Source: Vitrella brassicaformis CCMP3155 (Eukaryota; Protista; Chromerida). From it: 64,000 nt of DNA. The position numbers were made by a program, and so were the translations under genes. Positions 1 through 11,310 of the stretch are shown here, in pieces; the stretch's first letter is position 1; each line of letters starts with the position of its first letter. The notes under the pieces were generated by a model. The model saw nothing but the letters and a program-made list of their open reading frames with translations, ran no database searches and was not told the origin of the DNA. The DNA lies in the NCBI GenBank assembly GCA_001179505.1, contig CDMY01000562.1, positions 124,001 through 188,000 of the forward strand, given 5' to 3'.

Positions 1-75
1 AGGACCTGCTGGCAGTACTTGACGGCCGACCATTACAAGGAAATTCGCGGCTACGAGGACAGTGCTCTCCATTAG
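1..75 (+). CDS. 3' end of a gene entering from the left edge (...RTCWQYLTADHYKEIRGYEDSALH*), product unknown
   Basis: Frame 1 is open from base 1 to TAG at 73-75 with protein-like composition, followed by AG-repeat 3'-type sequence. Confidence 0.35.
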   Translation, partial: RTCWQYLTADHYKEIRGYEDSALH

Positions 76-238
76 AGAATACATCTGAGCAGAGGAAGGG
101 ACGAAGAGAGAGAGAGAGGGGGCAACGATACGTTGTCGTCCATCTGTGTGTATCCTCCAGCAGCAGTGCATCAGTAGGACATGCACAGCCAGCTGTCTAT
201 GGAGCCCAGAATCTGGTCCTCTGCTGGTAAGCTAATCG

Positions 239-2598
239 TCAACTCACGTGCATCTGCTCGGTCAGCTGACGAATGTACCGAGGTGTTAGCTCTAGCGAGG
301 CGAATCTGAAGCGAAAAGCAAGCCTCGCCACAGCGTCAGCCGGTGGCATTTCGTGTGGCCGTGGTACATACGCTGAGGTGACAGAGACGACGTCCCTGAA
401 AGTCGATGCTGAGCGCCTTATCTTCTCGTTGATGGAGCCTATCGATGAGCTCACGGTCGTCACAGTGCTTTGCCGTCGAAAAGATGAAAGCCCCGTTTCG
501 CTCTGACGATTGATCGTGTCGGTCATGTCGGTCCTCACATTGTCACCGGCTTCGTCAGGGGCCTTCGTGCAGCGACCATAGAGTACGAACCTTTTGAAAC
601 CTGCATCGGCCACATGGATTCTTCCATTGTCAGTTGTGAACTGATCGAAATTTGCCTCGTGCAGCGACTTGCCCAAGTACAGCAAAATGCCTGTATGGCA
701 CACGCAGAGCGGAGTAGAGAGATTATGAATGCCCGTCTTTTTCATCCGGTGCGCGTACCGTAAGGGAGAAATAGGTCGGTGACAAGGTCGTAGCTATTAA
801 AATAGAAAAGAAGGACATTATCCCTCTCATGTCACATGGATGCATCAACACTTACGCGACAATGAAGATCGAGTTGATGACTTTGCTGCTGAAGTTGACC
901 ATTTTTGCCTGAGACGAATGGGAGAAAGAGAAACAGCCAATAAAGAAGACACTAGACATGCACACAAGCATCTCACTGTACTTGAAGGAGTCGAGAGACT
1001 ATTAGGTAGGGCAGTACCGCAAGTGAAATCAGAGGAGCACCGTACGTTGGCGGTCCCTCCTGATATCAACAAGACACGTACGAATTCAGCTCAGTTCTAT
1101 CGCTATATACCTGTCAACGTAACTCACCCGTATGGACCGCAAGAGTTTGTTCGCTGTGTGTGCCCGACAACATGCAGACACAGAAAAACACATGCACACG
1201 AGTAGGGAGATGTCTTTGTACTTACACACCGACCCAGAGACACGAGCGGCCACCCGACAATCAGAGAGATTAACGCCAGCTGGGTCCTTAATTATCATCG
1301 TCCAGCGCCACCCCAACTGGCAAGAAGAATTGCAGATATAATTGGCCTTGCAGAAATGCGAGACAGGAGACACTTGCAAGCTTCAGGGCGTAATCCTGTT
1401 TTCTCTTCATCCCGCTGGCTCGAGCAAAACTCCAAAAGAATGCGTAAGGGGTAACAACAAGGCAGCACCACCACACCGGAGCGATCAAATTTCGCCTCCA
1501 CATGACATCCCAGCGAGCGTGATTGGCCGAAATGAGAATGGACACGATCATTGGAATACCGAATATAAGCCGAGATCTCCACAGCCGAGACACGATCCTC
1601 CTCCCGCTGCATCCATCGGTGACGTGCACAAACACCAGGAACATGGTGAAGGCAACCAGAATTCGACGCACGACGTCAAAAGCGATCCCCAGGACACCCG
1701 TCGCTTTGCACGGATCGACGCAGATTAGCAACAGTGCAACAATACACAGGCTTACGCCGACGGCCGCCGCCAGCTGCCATAGAATAACTCGAAGGACTCG
1801 CTTGATGGTCGTCTTAAGCGGCTCTGGGCTGAAATGGGCGCCCACAAGTACTTCTGTTGTGCTGCCGTCAGGATGGCTTATCGTCTTGTACACGAGGCTT
1901 GTCTTATATTCTTCGTATGCCGCTTCGTATCCTGCAGCCTCCCTGGACAGGCAGGGAGAACAGAGAGGCGTTCATTTGTGAGGCAATTCGGTATTATACC
2001 TGAAGTCCCGTACCGACTCCGTTATCGCACGCTCCTCACGACGCAACTGACGACGAGAGGATTCTCTCGTGTCAACATTTGCGTCCGCATCCCCTCTGTC
2101 ATCACTCATGCGGTCCTTATGGGGCTGCCTTGTGGGGCTGACCCGGCAGCACGTGTCTCTGGTCCACGGCTGACTGTGCTGATGATTCTTCTCCGCAGCG
2201 GCAAGTTTGTCTGTCAGCGTCAAGGCGGTACTCGTCGACGAGAGTGCTGTTCGATAGAAAGATGGCTGCCCAGCACTGTTTTCTTCGTCATCTTGGGTGC
2301 CGCTGGGCTGGCCGGAGGGCTGCTTGACAGCATGAAAGACAACGGCGGTGTCTTGCGGTTGCGCGGTGCTGTCTCCTGCCTGTGTGTCGTCCTGGTGGCC
2401 GATCTGGGAAGGTGTGAGCACGATGTGGTCGCCATCGGCTGGCCTGTCGCCTTCTTCGATAGGGTCAGTCCCTTGCTGGTTGGATGAGATGCTGATCACA
2501 TCGAGATCTGGCTCATTGTCGCCGTGCACCTGACAGGGCTTCAAGGGGGCTATCCCCCTGGCCAGCGAGAGAGGACAAAGGCTGTTCCTTGACGACAT
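239..2598 (-). CDS. Multi-exon, multi-pass membrane protein with a disordered N-terminus, family unknown
   Basis: ORFs 1972-2598, 1288-1893 and 239-745 join through GT-AG introns, e.g. VRDFR|EAAGYEAAYEEYKTSLVYKT. Further small exons read LALISLIVGWPL, EGPPTYGAPLISLAVLPYLIVSRLLQ and AKMVNFSSKVINSIFIVA. Several hydrophobic segments are present. Confidence 0.55.
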
Positions 2599-3329
2599 CT
2601 CCCCCTAGCTCGGCCCCAAAATCATCACTGAGCTCGCAGGTGAAGGAGGAAAAGGGATCGGGACATGCTGCGCATTCGCCCCGTTTCGAACATGCGCGCA
2701 CCCGAAGCCGTGAAGGACCCTCGCTCGTGGCTTGCTGCGAGACCATAGACCGGGGACTCCCATGCAAACGTCTCGACTTGGTGTGACCCATGGGTGTGAC
2801 TCGCCAGGCCCTTGTCATGCCCAATGCAGTTACGTAACGATGCAAGCATGTGAGGACACTGAGGAGGAAGACGCATGCAAAAGTTCTGTCAGTCAGTCAG
2901 TCAGCGTATACACACAAAACACCATTTCGGCTCCCCCCCCCCCACATATAAACACTCAACCACAAGCAGAGAGAGCCAGAAAAAGGGTAGAAAGCCAAAC
3001 AAACACGCCTCAGAGTCTGACCAGCCCAGCTGCACTGTCTGTGTAATTCACCCACACCCACCCCTCACACCACTCGCACACTTGGGGCGTCTGTCTGTCT
3101 GTCTCGCGAAAAGTTCCCCAGGCCACCCCGACGCCACACCTCTGCTGCGATCGATCGATCTCCGCCCTGCCCTGCCCCGCCCCCTGCAATCTGGCGTGAG
3201 CAGCTCTACCTTTCTAGACCTCCCACACAGACAGACAGACAGACAGACGGCCACCCGCCCGTGCCCGAAACTTCGCCAGCTAGCCACCCCATACATCGCC
3301 GTGGGAGATGCTTTGCTTGCCTTGCATGG

Positions 3330-5877
3330 TCACCAGTCTTCCAGACACTGCCACAGGCGATTGTTGACCAGGCATGGCACGTGCTGCTTTCCTGATCGAT
3401 CAAATCACACACACAAGCGAGAAGCACTGAAATGAGCGGTTTGGTGAATGGATCGAGGCTGGCTGGCTGGGCTGACCGACCTGCCTCCCAGAGTATCTCG
3501 CCGCTGCAGCCGTACTGGGCGCTGTTGCAGACACAGGCGGTCCGCCGCAGGAACAGCGGGCACGACCCGGGGCAGCAGAAGACAGCTGCACGCAGGCAGG
3601 GGTGCGTGTGTGTGTGTGTGTGTGTGTCGTTGGGTGGTGTCGCTTTAGTTACCTACCTAGGTTGTAGAGCAGGCTTCGCGAAAAGGGGCTGCCATTGGAC
3701 ATCGATGTGTTCTGCACCGGCCAAGGAAAATCAGTGGTTCGGCTGGGGTGGGCTGTGCGTCTTGTGTCAAACTCTCTGGTTGGTACCCACTTACTTTGAG
3801 GTATGTAATTTTGTTCCAGGCAACGTTCTCCCACGTCGTCATATTAGTCTGCAAGAAAGACACGCGCGGCACGGCACGGCCCGGCCACACACAGACGGCC
3901 ATTCAGAGATGCAATCAATCCAGGCGTTTCTCCCCCCTCGCCCGTCCCGTGCTGCGTGCTCACCACAGCAAGGAACCCATGATAGCACAATAGGCAGAGA
4001 ACCTGACCTCAGTCAGACACACAGCTTACTGTCCACCCCACCCATGGCGGCCTGTCTGTCTGTCTGTCTGTGTGTGTGATCACCATAAGCCCGAACAGCC
4101 CCATCACGACCAAGGCCAGCAATAACCACACATTGGCCGAGAACCTGAGATGCAGACAGACCGACAGACAGACACGCCCATATGCACTGCCCTAGGGAGG
4201 GAGGGGAATTCTGTGGGTGTGGGTGTCTCACCAATCGCTGACGTCAGATCGTTGCATCATCGCACGCACCGTCTGCAGCCAGCCAGAAAGCCCCCCAGCC
4301 ATCCCTCCCTGTCTGTCTGTCTGTCTGTGTCACGGTGTAGTTGTTGCGTGTCCTGTCCCCAACGTACCTCTGCCATGACCCAGAGCAGCTCGACGGACTG
4401 GAAGAACAGGTACCAAAAAAACCACACCCGATTGCACTCGCCCACACACGTGCCTGCATCATGACATCCAACACACACACACGCATTGCTTGGGTGTGTG
4501 TGAGTGTGAGCCTGTGTCTGTCTGTCTATCTGTCTGTCTGTCGCCCACCGAGCCACGGGCAGTGGTGATCGTGTGTGCGGACGCACTTGCCACAATCACG
4601 ACAATGCTTCGTCCTCAACGGCTGGTGGGGATAGAATGACCCCACCACACACACACACACACACACACGTGTCTGTCCACACTAGTGAGTACGATTGTTC
4701 ACGGTAGGTATGATCGATGTCCACCTGGTAGACTTTACAGGTAGGGCAGAACCTCAGCTTGAATCCACACTGGTAGGCCGCATCGGTCCTGCCCTCGCCC
4801 GTCCCACCGCCACCAGCCTTGCCCTCACCCCTTCCCCGACCATTGATAGGCTGCCTCTCGGCGGGGTCGCAGCACTCCCCCATCTCCACGTCATCGTTAT
4901 CCTGACACCCCCGGCCCATCCCCACCCCCCGGCCGCTGCCCATGGAGGCTGCTGCCGCCGCAGACTCCCTCTCCCTCTCCCTGGCCCGCCCCCTGCTGCT
5001 CATTGATGGCGAGATGATGTGTGGGTGGGGGAGGGGTGGGGCGGGGTGGTGGTGGTGGCTATGATGGCCGTTCATCTCGTGACAGGCCTGCTGGCCGGCG
5101 TGGACCACTGCCGACGCCGCACTGACCGCTGCGGTGGTCATGGCCGTGGCCGTGACGGTGGCCGTGCCCGTGAGAGCGTTGCGGCAGACAATCGCGCCTC
5201 TCACGGCCTGCCTCACAGAGGACTCAGGGTCTTCTGCGTAGCGGTAGAGAGCCGATGGCACGTGGTGGGTCTCCTTAGGGACTTCACGGTCCTTGTCCTT
5301 GCCGTCAGCGTCACACTCGTCCAGCTCCTGCTCGTCAATGTCGTCATCGGCCGACTCGTCAGACCCGCTGTAGGTCGAATCCACGGCAGCCGCCCGAGGC
5401 GAGCCGGGCCCGGCAGTCGCCTTGCCTATCGTCCGGGCGTCCCGGGTCGCCGCCGCCTTGCCGCTGCGCATGGCAATCAGCTGCCAGCCGTGCTTTCGCC
5501 GGTCTGCTGCCCGGGCTAGCTCGGCCGCCGTCAGCAGATACCCACTGGGAACGAACGGAATATATAAAAGACAGCAGAGAGTGACCACAGGATAATGTAC
5601 ATGCCAGCATGCAGTAAGTCATCACACACCACCGGCTCAGCCAGTGGCTGGTGCAGTCTAAGCTTAGCTCTTACGGGTCGCAGAGTGATGCCCTGAGGTA
5701 GATGACGACGGTGAGGAGGATGACCGCCCAGAGGAGGATGTTATACAAGGTGGGGTGCTGTATCACCCAGAGGTGGGTGGCGTGGAGGACCACGTCAGTC
5801 AGGATGAGGGCGCGGAGACCCAGCACCAGCAGCGGGCTGTAGTTGACGTCCTTTGTGCAGGGCTCTGGCCCGTCCAT
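3330..5877 (-). CDS. DHHC-type protein S-palmitoyltransferase
   Basis: Spliced exons give CDPGYL...FCPTCKVYQ|[24 protein letters not shown]|[19 protein letters not shown], then [13 protein letters not shown]|TNMTTWENV (TTxE motif) and [11 protein letters not shown]. Stop TGA at 3330-3332. The start ATG at 5877 is the best candidate. Confidence 0.92.
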
Positions 5878-6224
5878 AAGCTGACTGATCTCGACGCACT
5901 TCCTCAGAGTGGCCTTCAGCACCCGTCAGCAAAGAAATCAACAAAAATAAGAGCAGGCGCAGAGCACAGCCGCTTCAGGCTGCCGTCGATGCTGCCATTG
6001 ACGATGATTGAGAGCCAATTGTTGAGAGCTTAGAAAAAGCCCTTGATCAACTTTGCCAAAGAGAAGGTCTTCAACTTTGATTCACCGCCATGGCGCCGTC
6101 AGCAAGTTGTCGGGGGTTGAACAGAGCTAAGCTCGCATCTCCATGTCCGAGCTCGCCTTCTCCCCTCCGGCCTTGTGGACAGCAGATGTAGCGTAAGACC
6201 GACCCGATCCGATCCGCAGCAGAT

Positions 6225-7580
6225 ATGAAACCTTCTGTCGGTTTGAGAATACCTCAATGGGCAGCAGGGTGGGCGTTCAACCTGGGCCTCCTGCTGGTTG
6301 TGTTGACCCTGCCGGCCCTGTGTGACGACAGCTCGAGCTCTGAGCTGCACTCTATCGGCACGGACGCGTCGGGCGGCAAGGCGTCGCTTCGTTCGTCAGT
6401 CAAGTTCTACGAGTGGAACCCGAGCACCGAGGACATGATCAAGCGGCACCGCATCAAGACCCTCATGCTGCTCTTTGCCGACAAGGGCCAGGCCTCCCAC
6501 TGGGAGGGCTGCTACCAGGCCCTGCAGCACGCAGCCAACATCCACAAGAAGCGCGACATCCTCCACGTCGCCGTGCCCGTCGAGTTCATCCAGCCCTTTC
6601 AGTTCTTCCTGGGAGACGACCCCGAGAACGACGCCCCATTCGCTGTCATTGTCGAGGTCAACAACGGCTTCAAGAAGTACCGCCTGACGGCCGACTCCGC
6701 CAAGGGTGGGAGCATCATCTCGGGCGGGGGCGGCAACCCCGTGTGCAGCAACAAGGCGCTAGAGCGGTATGAGAAGAGCTACTTCGACGGGAAGCTGACG
6801 CCGTGGCTGCGGAGCGAGGAGCCTTATGAGGACGAGGGGGGCGGGGCGCTCAAGCCGCTCGTCGGGGCGCACTTCGAGCAGAAAGTCATCAAAGCCAAAA
6901 AGGACGTTGCCGTCTTCTTCTATGCCCCATGGTGAGGGAGTGCGCGGCACGCAGTGGTGGGTGGGTGGGTGGGTGGGTGGGGAAAGCCTGGCTGTCTGCA
7001 TGTCTGTATCTGTGTCTGTGTCTGTGTCTGTGTGTGTGTGTTTGTGCAGGTGCGGCCACTGCAAGCGTTTCGAGCCGCGTTTCAGCGAGCTGGCCGACAA
7101 ACATCGCAATGTGGAATCGCTCATATTCTACAAAATCGATATCACCAAGAACGGTGAGGGCAGGGGAGGGCGGCCGCAACACACACACACAGGTCCTACG
7201 GCTGCCTGTCCTGTGTGTGTGCCTGTGTGTGTGGATGTGCCCTCGTCCGTCAGACGTTGTGCACAAGGGCGTCAAGGTGGATCGAGTGCCGTATGTGCGG
7301 CTCTTCCCGGCCAACGATAAGGACACTCCACGAGTGTTCGAACACTCAAGGCCGGTACGTACGTCAGCACACCACACACACATACAGGGAGAGATGCACC
7401 GCACCTATCAGTCCTGGGTGTGTATGTGTGCGTGTGAACATATTGATTTGATTGCAGGATGTAGTGGGCTACGGCAGTGACTTTCTCTCCAAGAACGCGG
7501 ACATCAAGTTCGATCTCGCCAAGGCCAACGAGGCGGCCGCGGCCAAACACAACGGCAGCGAACTGCTCATCGAACTCTAG
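6225..7580 (+). CDS. Protein disulfide isomerase / ER thioredoxin-domain protein
   Basis: N-terminal signal-like hydrophobic stretch, FYAPW|CGHCK active site split by an intron (6933-7049), KIDITKN and GVKVDRVPYVRLFP thioredoxin elements, and a C-terminal LIEL* (KDEL-like). Confidence 0.9.
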
Positions 7581-8948
7581 ACAGACAGACAGACATACAA
7601 TGAATGCGGCCGGGCAGGTCGATCCCCACCCGCCCCCCACCCCATCCCACCCCATTCCATGACCCATCCATGCCGCATCCTGTCTGTCTGACTGCCTGCT
7701 CGACTGCTTGATCGGCTCACTCACTCACCCATCTCATCCATCCATCCACTCACCATCCATCCATTCACCCGTTGGTGTTATCGATCGTACTACAGCTGTT
7801 GGTCTGGTTGGCTCCTTCCCCTTCTGGCTTGCCTGTTTTGCTCGACTTGCTCTGCTGGCACTGCCTCCTGCTGCCTGTGTGGAGTCGATCGCTCTCCGTG
7901 GTGCGGTGTGGGGGGGTGGGGGGCGGTGTTGGGTGGGTGCGTGGCCGACAATGACCTACTTCGCGTACACACACTTGCTCCGTTGCTTCCTTGCTGCTGT
8001 CTCGCGGGCTGCGGGCTGTGCCGTGCCGTGCTGCATATGTGTCGTGAGCGTCTTGTTCGTGGCCGGCTGGACAGACCGACAGACAGAGAGAGAGAGAGAG
8101 AGGGACCGTTGAGTTGAGTGAGTGACTCGCCAATCGAAGTGCCACCGGTGCGTTGGTGCGTTGATGCCTGGCCGTTCGCGGCGACGTGTGCGCCGCTCAT
8201 TGATGTGCATGTGTGTGTGCGTGTGTGAGTGTGCGTGTGAGTGAGGGTATTTATGTGTGTTTTGTGTATAGCTAGCTACCTACCTATGACTTACAACCTG
8301 ATAGACAGAAAGAAAGAAAGACAGACACACAGGCAGGCAGGCAGACACACAGGCAGCCAGGCGCACTCCGCTCAGCCAAGAAGGATGACCTGACGTGGCC
8401 TGATGTGAGCTGTGACCTGTCACGGACAGATAGATGCTGGTCGCGCTAATGCCTGGTGGGCCACCTGTCTCCCTGCCTACTGGCGGCCGGTAGGTACTGG
8501 TTTGGTTTGGTTGGGGCGGGGCGACCGATCTGCCTCTACTGGCTCATTGGGAGTTGGGAGAGGTTTTGGAGACAGACAGACAGACGGACGGACATCGAGT
8601 GTTTCTTCGCACGGCACGTGTCTGTAATTAGTGTGGGTATGGTATGGCCGCTCTGCATGTCATGTGTGTCTGTGTGTGTGGTGTGTATGTTTGTGTATGT
8701 ATGTTGGACAGAGAACACCACAGCACAGCACTGCCAGCAGAGGCGTGCTCTCAGGGGTGGGGGACTGGCTAATTGATTAGGGGGGAGTGGGGTTGCGGTG
8801 CGTTGCTTTGCTGGCCGGCTGCGTCAAGTTGTACAGATGGCTCAGCCTGCCTGTCTGTCTGTCTGCTTATCTGTCTGATGTGGTGGTCTCCGGTTCCCCT
8901 GTCTGTTGTGCATAGCTGAAAGGGACGCATCGACCGCACACGCTCAGC

Positions 8949-10994
8949 TCAGGCAGGTGGCGTGCCTGTCGGTTGGTTGATGTGGTTGTGGGCACATGGA
9001 CTTGTGTGGACGCCATGCAGAGATTAAGTGTGGTCATCCATCCATCCATCCGCTCACCCATCCCATGCACTCCTCGATCCATCACGTCACGCGAGGTCTC
9101 TGTAAGGGTGTCTCTGTGTGCTGCCGCTGCCCTTCCCACCACTCAAGGCACAGTTGAAGACCGCCCCGAAGCGCGTGGGCCAGAAGTCGTGCAGCAGCGC
9201 ACACAACGCACCGTAGTGAATGCAGGTGGCCACGAAGATGTCGAGGTGCCTGCAGGCACCAACTCCCTATGAACGAATGGGTGGTCTGCCTGCCTGGTTG
9301 CTTACTTGCCCGACGTCGGCTTCTCGGTCAGCACCTGAGGGAACGAACAATGACACACCAAGTGGCGTACGGTGCGCTTGTGTGCAATATATTGCCAATG
9401 TGCCATGCACCTCTGCCTGCCTCATGTCTGTCTCTCTGTGTCTCTCTCTGTGTCTCGGGGGTATGGCTTACCAGCAGTGGCAGTGCGGCGAGCCATGACG
9501 AGTAGATGGCACACAATCTGATGTAGAACTTCCTCTTGGCCAGATCCCTCTCGCGCCGGAACGACATCGTGCCCCACTGACACAAAGCACCTGCCGACAC
9601 ATCATGAGGCACAATAATACCAACACACAAACGCGTTAACAGGCAAACTTATGGACAGCAAGGCTCCCATACGTATGGGCCTGTGTACCTGCAGCGAAAG
9701 CTCGGCAAAGCAGGATTGGTGTGGCGATGTGGGTGCGGAGCTGTGAGAAGGGCGTGAGGTCCGTCATCTGTGTGCCCTCCTGCAGGGCGTACAGGAGGCT
9801 GGTCGCACACATGAGGCCGACGAGCGCCAAGAGGGGCGACTGCTCCTCCTGCTTCAGAGACGACACGGACGGCACCGACACGGTCACACCTGTCGGCCAC
9901 ACCACACAGATGCACGGCACGGCGCGGGCAGTGGATGGGATGGGTGAGAGAGAGAGACACGGGCAGTGAGTGAAGGGATGATGGATTCAGTAAGTACCTC
10001 TTGAGAGGAGGAGAACGAGGATGGCTATGAGGAGCTCAGACAGGACGCCCGAGAGCTGAGAGAGGAACGAGGAGACGCCCAGACCAGACCCGTCCTGCAC
10101 ACGCCAGACAACCTCAGTCATGCGAGTGGAGTGAGTGTGGTTTGGCGGCCACTTTCTGACTGACTGACTAACCGAGGAGTAGATCGAGTAGGTGTGTGAG
10201 GTGGAATACGATGTGGGCGAGGAAGAGAATCGACGACAGAAAGAAACTCGACGTCACTGCACACACACACACACACACATACACACACATGTAATCGCCA
10301 CACGAGTCATGAGATTTCCCCTGTCTGTCTGCCTGCGGTTGGCACATACCTACCCTCAGTGTGTCTCTCCTGTCTTTCCAGCGCCCTGTAAGCCCGCAGG
10401 AATGCCGGCGCCGTGCACACACACACGATTGCAAACAAGATGTACAGCTCGAGGATGCCTGCGGTCCACCCATACATCACAACACACCCGCAACGCGACA
10501 CACCGCAGGAATTAAGGGGTCACCGCACACACACCGCATAGAGAGAAACGTATGTACCTTGGTCTTCTTGCGAGAAGTGTCGGACCAGCATTCCGCCAGG
10601 GTTTGCGAATTTGACCATATATCCCACATCGGTCTTGCCGCCACAACGAACAACCTGCGCACCAAACAGCCGCTCTCTTTCTCTCTCTCCCTCTCGGCGT
10701 GGCGTGCAGCTTACTCACGAGGGCATCGAGGCATCGTCTGTTCATGGACCGGTCGATGGTGAGTGTCAGTTGGTATGCGGTGACGTCACGGCTCTCAATC
10801 AGCGGCTCCACATACCTCGCCCTCTTGACCAACATCTGCAGTCCACAGATCGACACAGCAGCCACATGCACAAAAGGGCCTTCTCTTCTCCCCCCGTTTG
10901 TTTGGCTGCTCACCTGACAGGTGGCGTACTGCAGGCCCGGGTCACTTGCATTGACACTCATCAGCAGCAGCGTGTGACCCGGCGAATGCACAAC

Positions 10995-11032
<38 letters not shown>

Positions 11033-11263
11033 CTGCGTAGAGTCCGTATGTGTTCCATCCATCCATCCATCTGGCCACTTATGTACGCATGTATGTACAT
11101 TCTGGGCGGTCATGACGCCCGTCTGCCCATCGGCGCCGATAGTAAAGCAGAAGTTGCCAATGGTGTACACCTCCTTGCCCGAGGCTAGTCCAAGAAGCGT
11201 TTTGCTCTGGCATGGTGCAGCGATGGCGAAGGCGGCCAACACATGGAAACGCCATTGCATCAT
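8949..11263 (-). CDS. GPR180/TMEM145-like seven-transmembrane protein (GpcrRhopsn4 type)
   Basis: Signal peptide MMQWRFHVLAAFAIAAPCQS, then GNFCF, FANPGGMLVRHFSQEDQ|GILELY, DGSGLG...LLLSRG|VTVS and KRKFYIRLCAIYSSWLAALPLL. The last exon is uncertain and the tail may extend to about 7790. One exon has a frame inconsistency (see findings). Confidence 0.8.
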
Positions 11264-11310
11264 CCCGCCCGATCTCATTGTAAACACACTCTTGGATCGA
11301 CCAGAGCGAT

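Noticed and set aside
1286-1295. Apparent frameshift or premature stop (DDDN*) in the membrane-protein gene
   Set aside because: It can be explained by a short GT-AG intron ending at cccag, which restores the hydrophobic frame.
7700-8900. Many 60-135 aa ORFs between the PDI and GPR180-like genes
   Set aside because: They are dominated by microsatellite translations (VCVC, QTDR). Some may be tail exons of the GPR180-like gene, but I cannot support a model.
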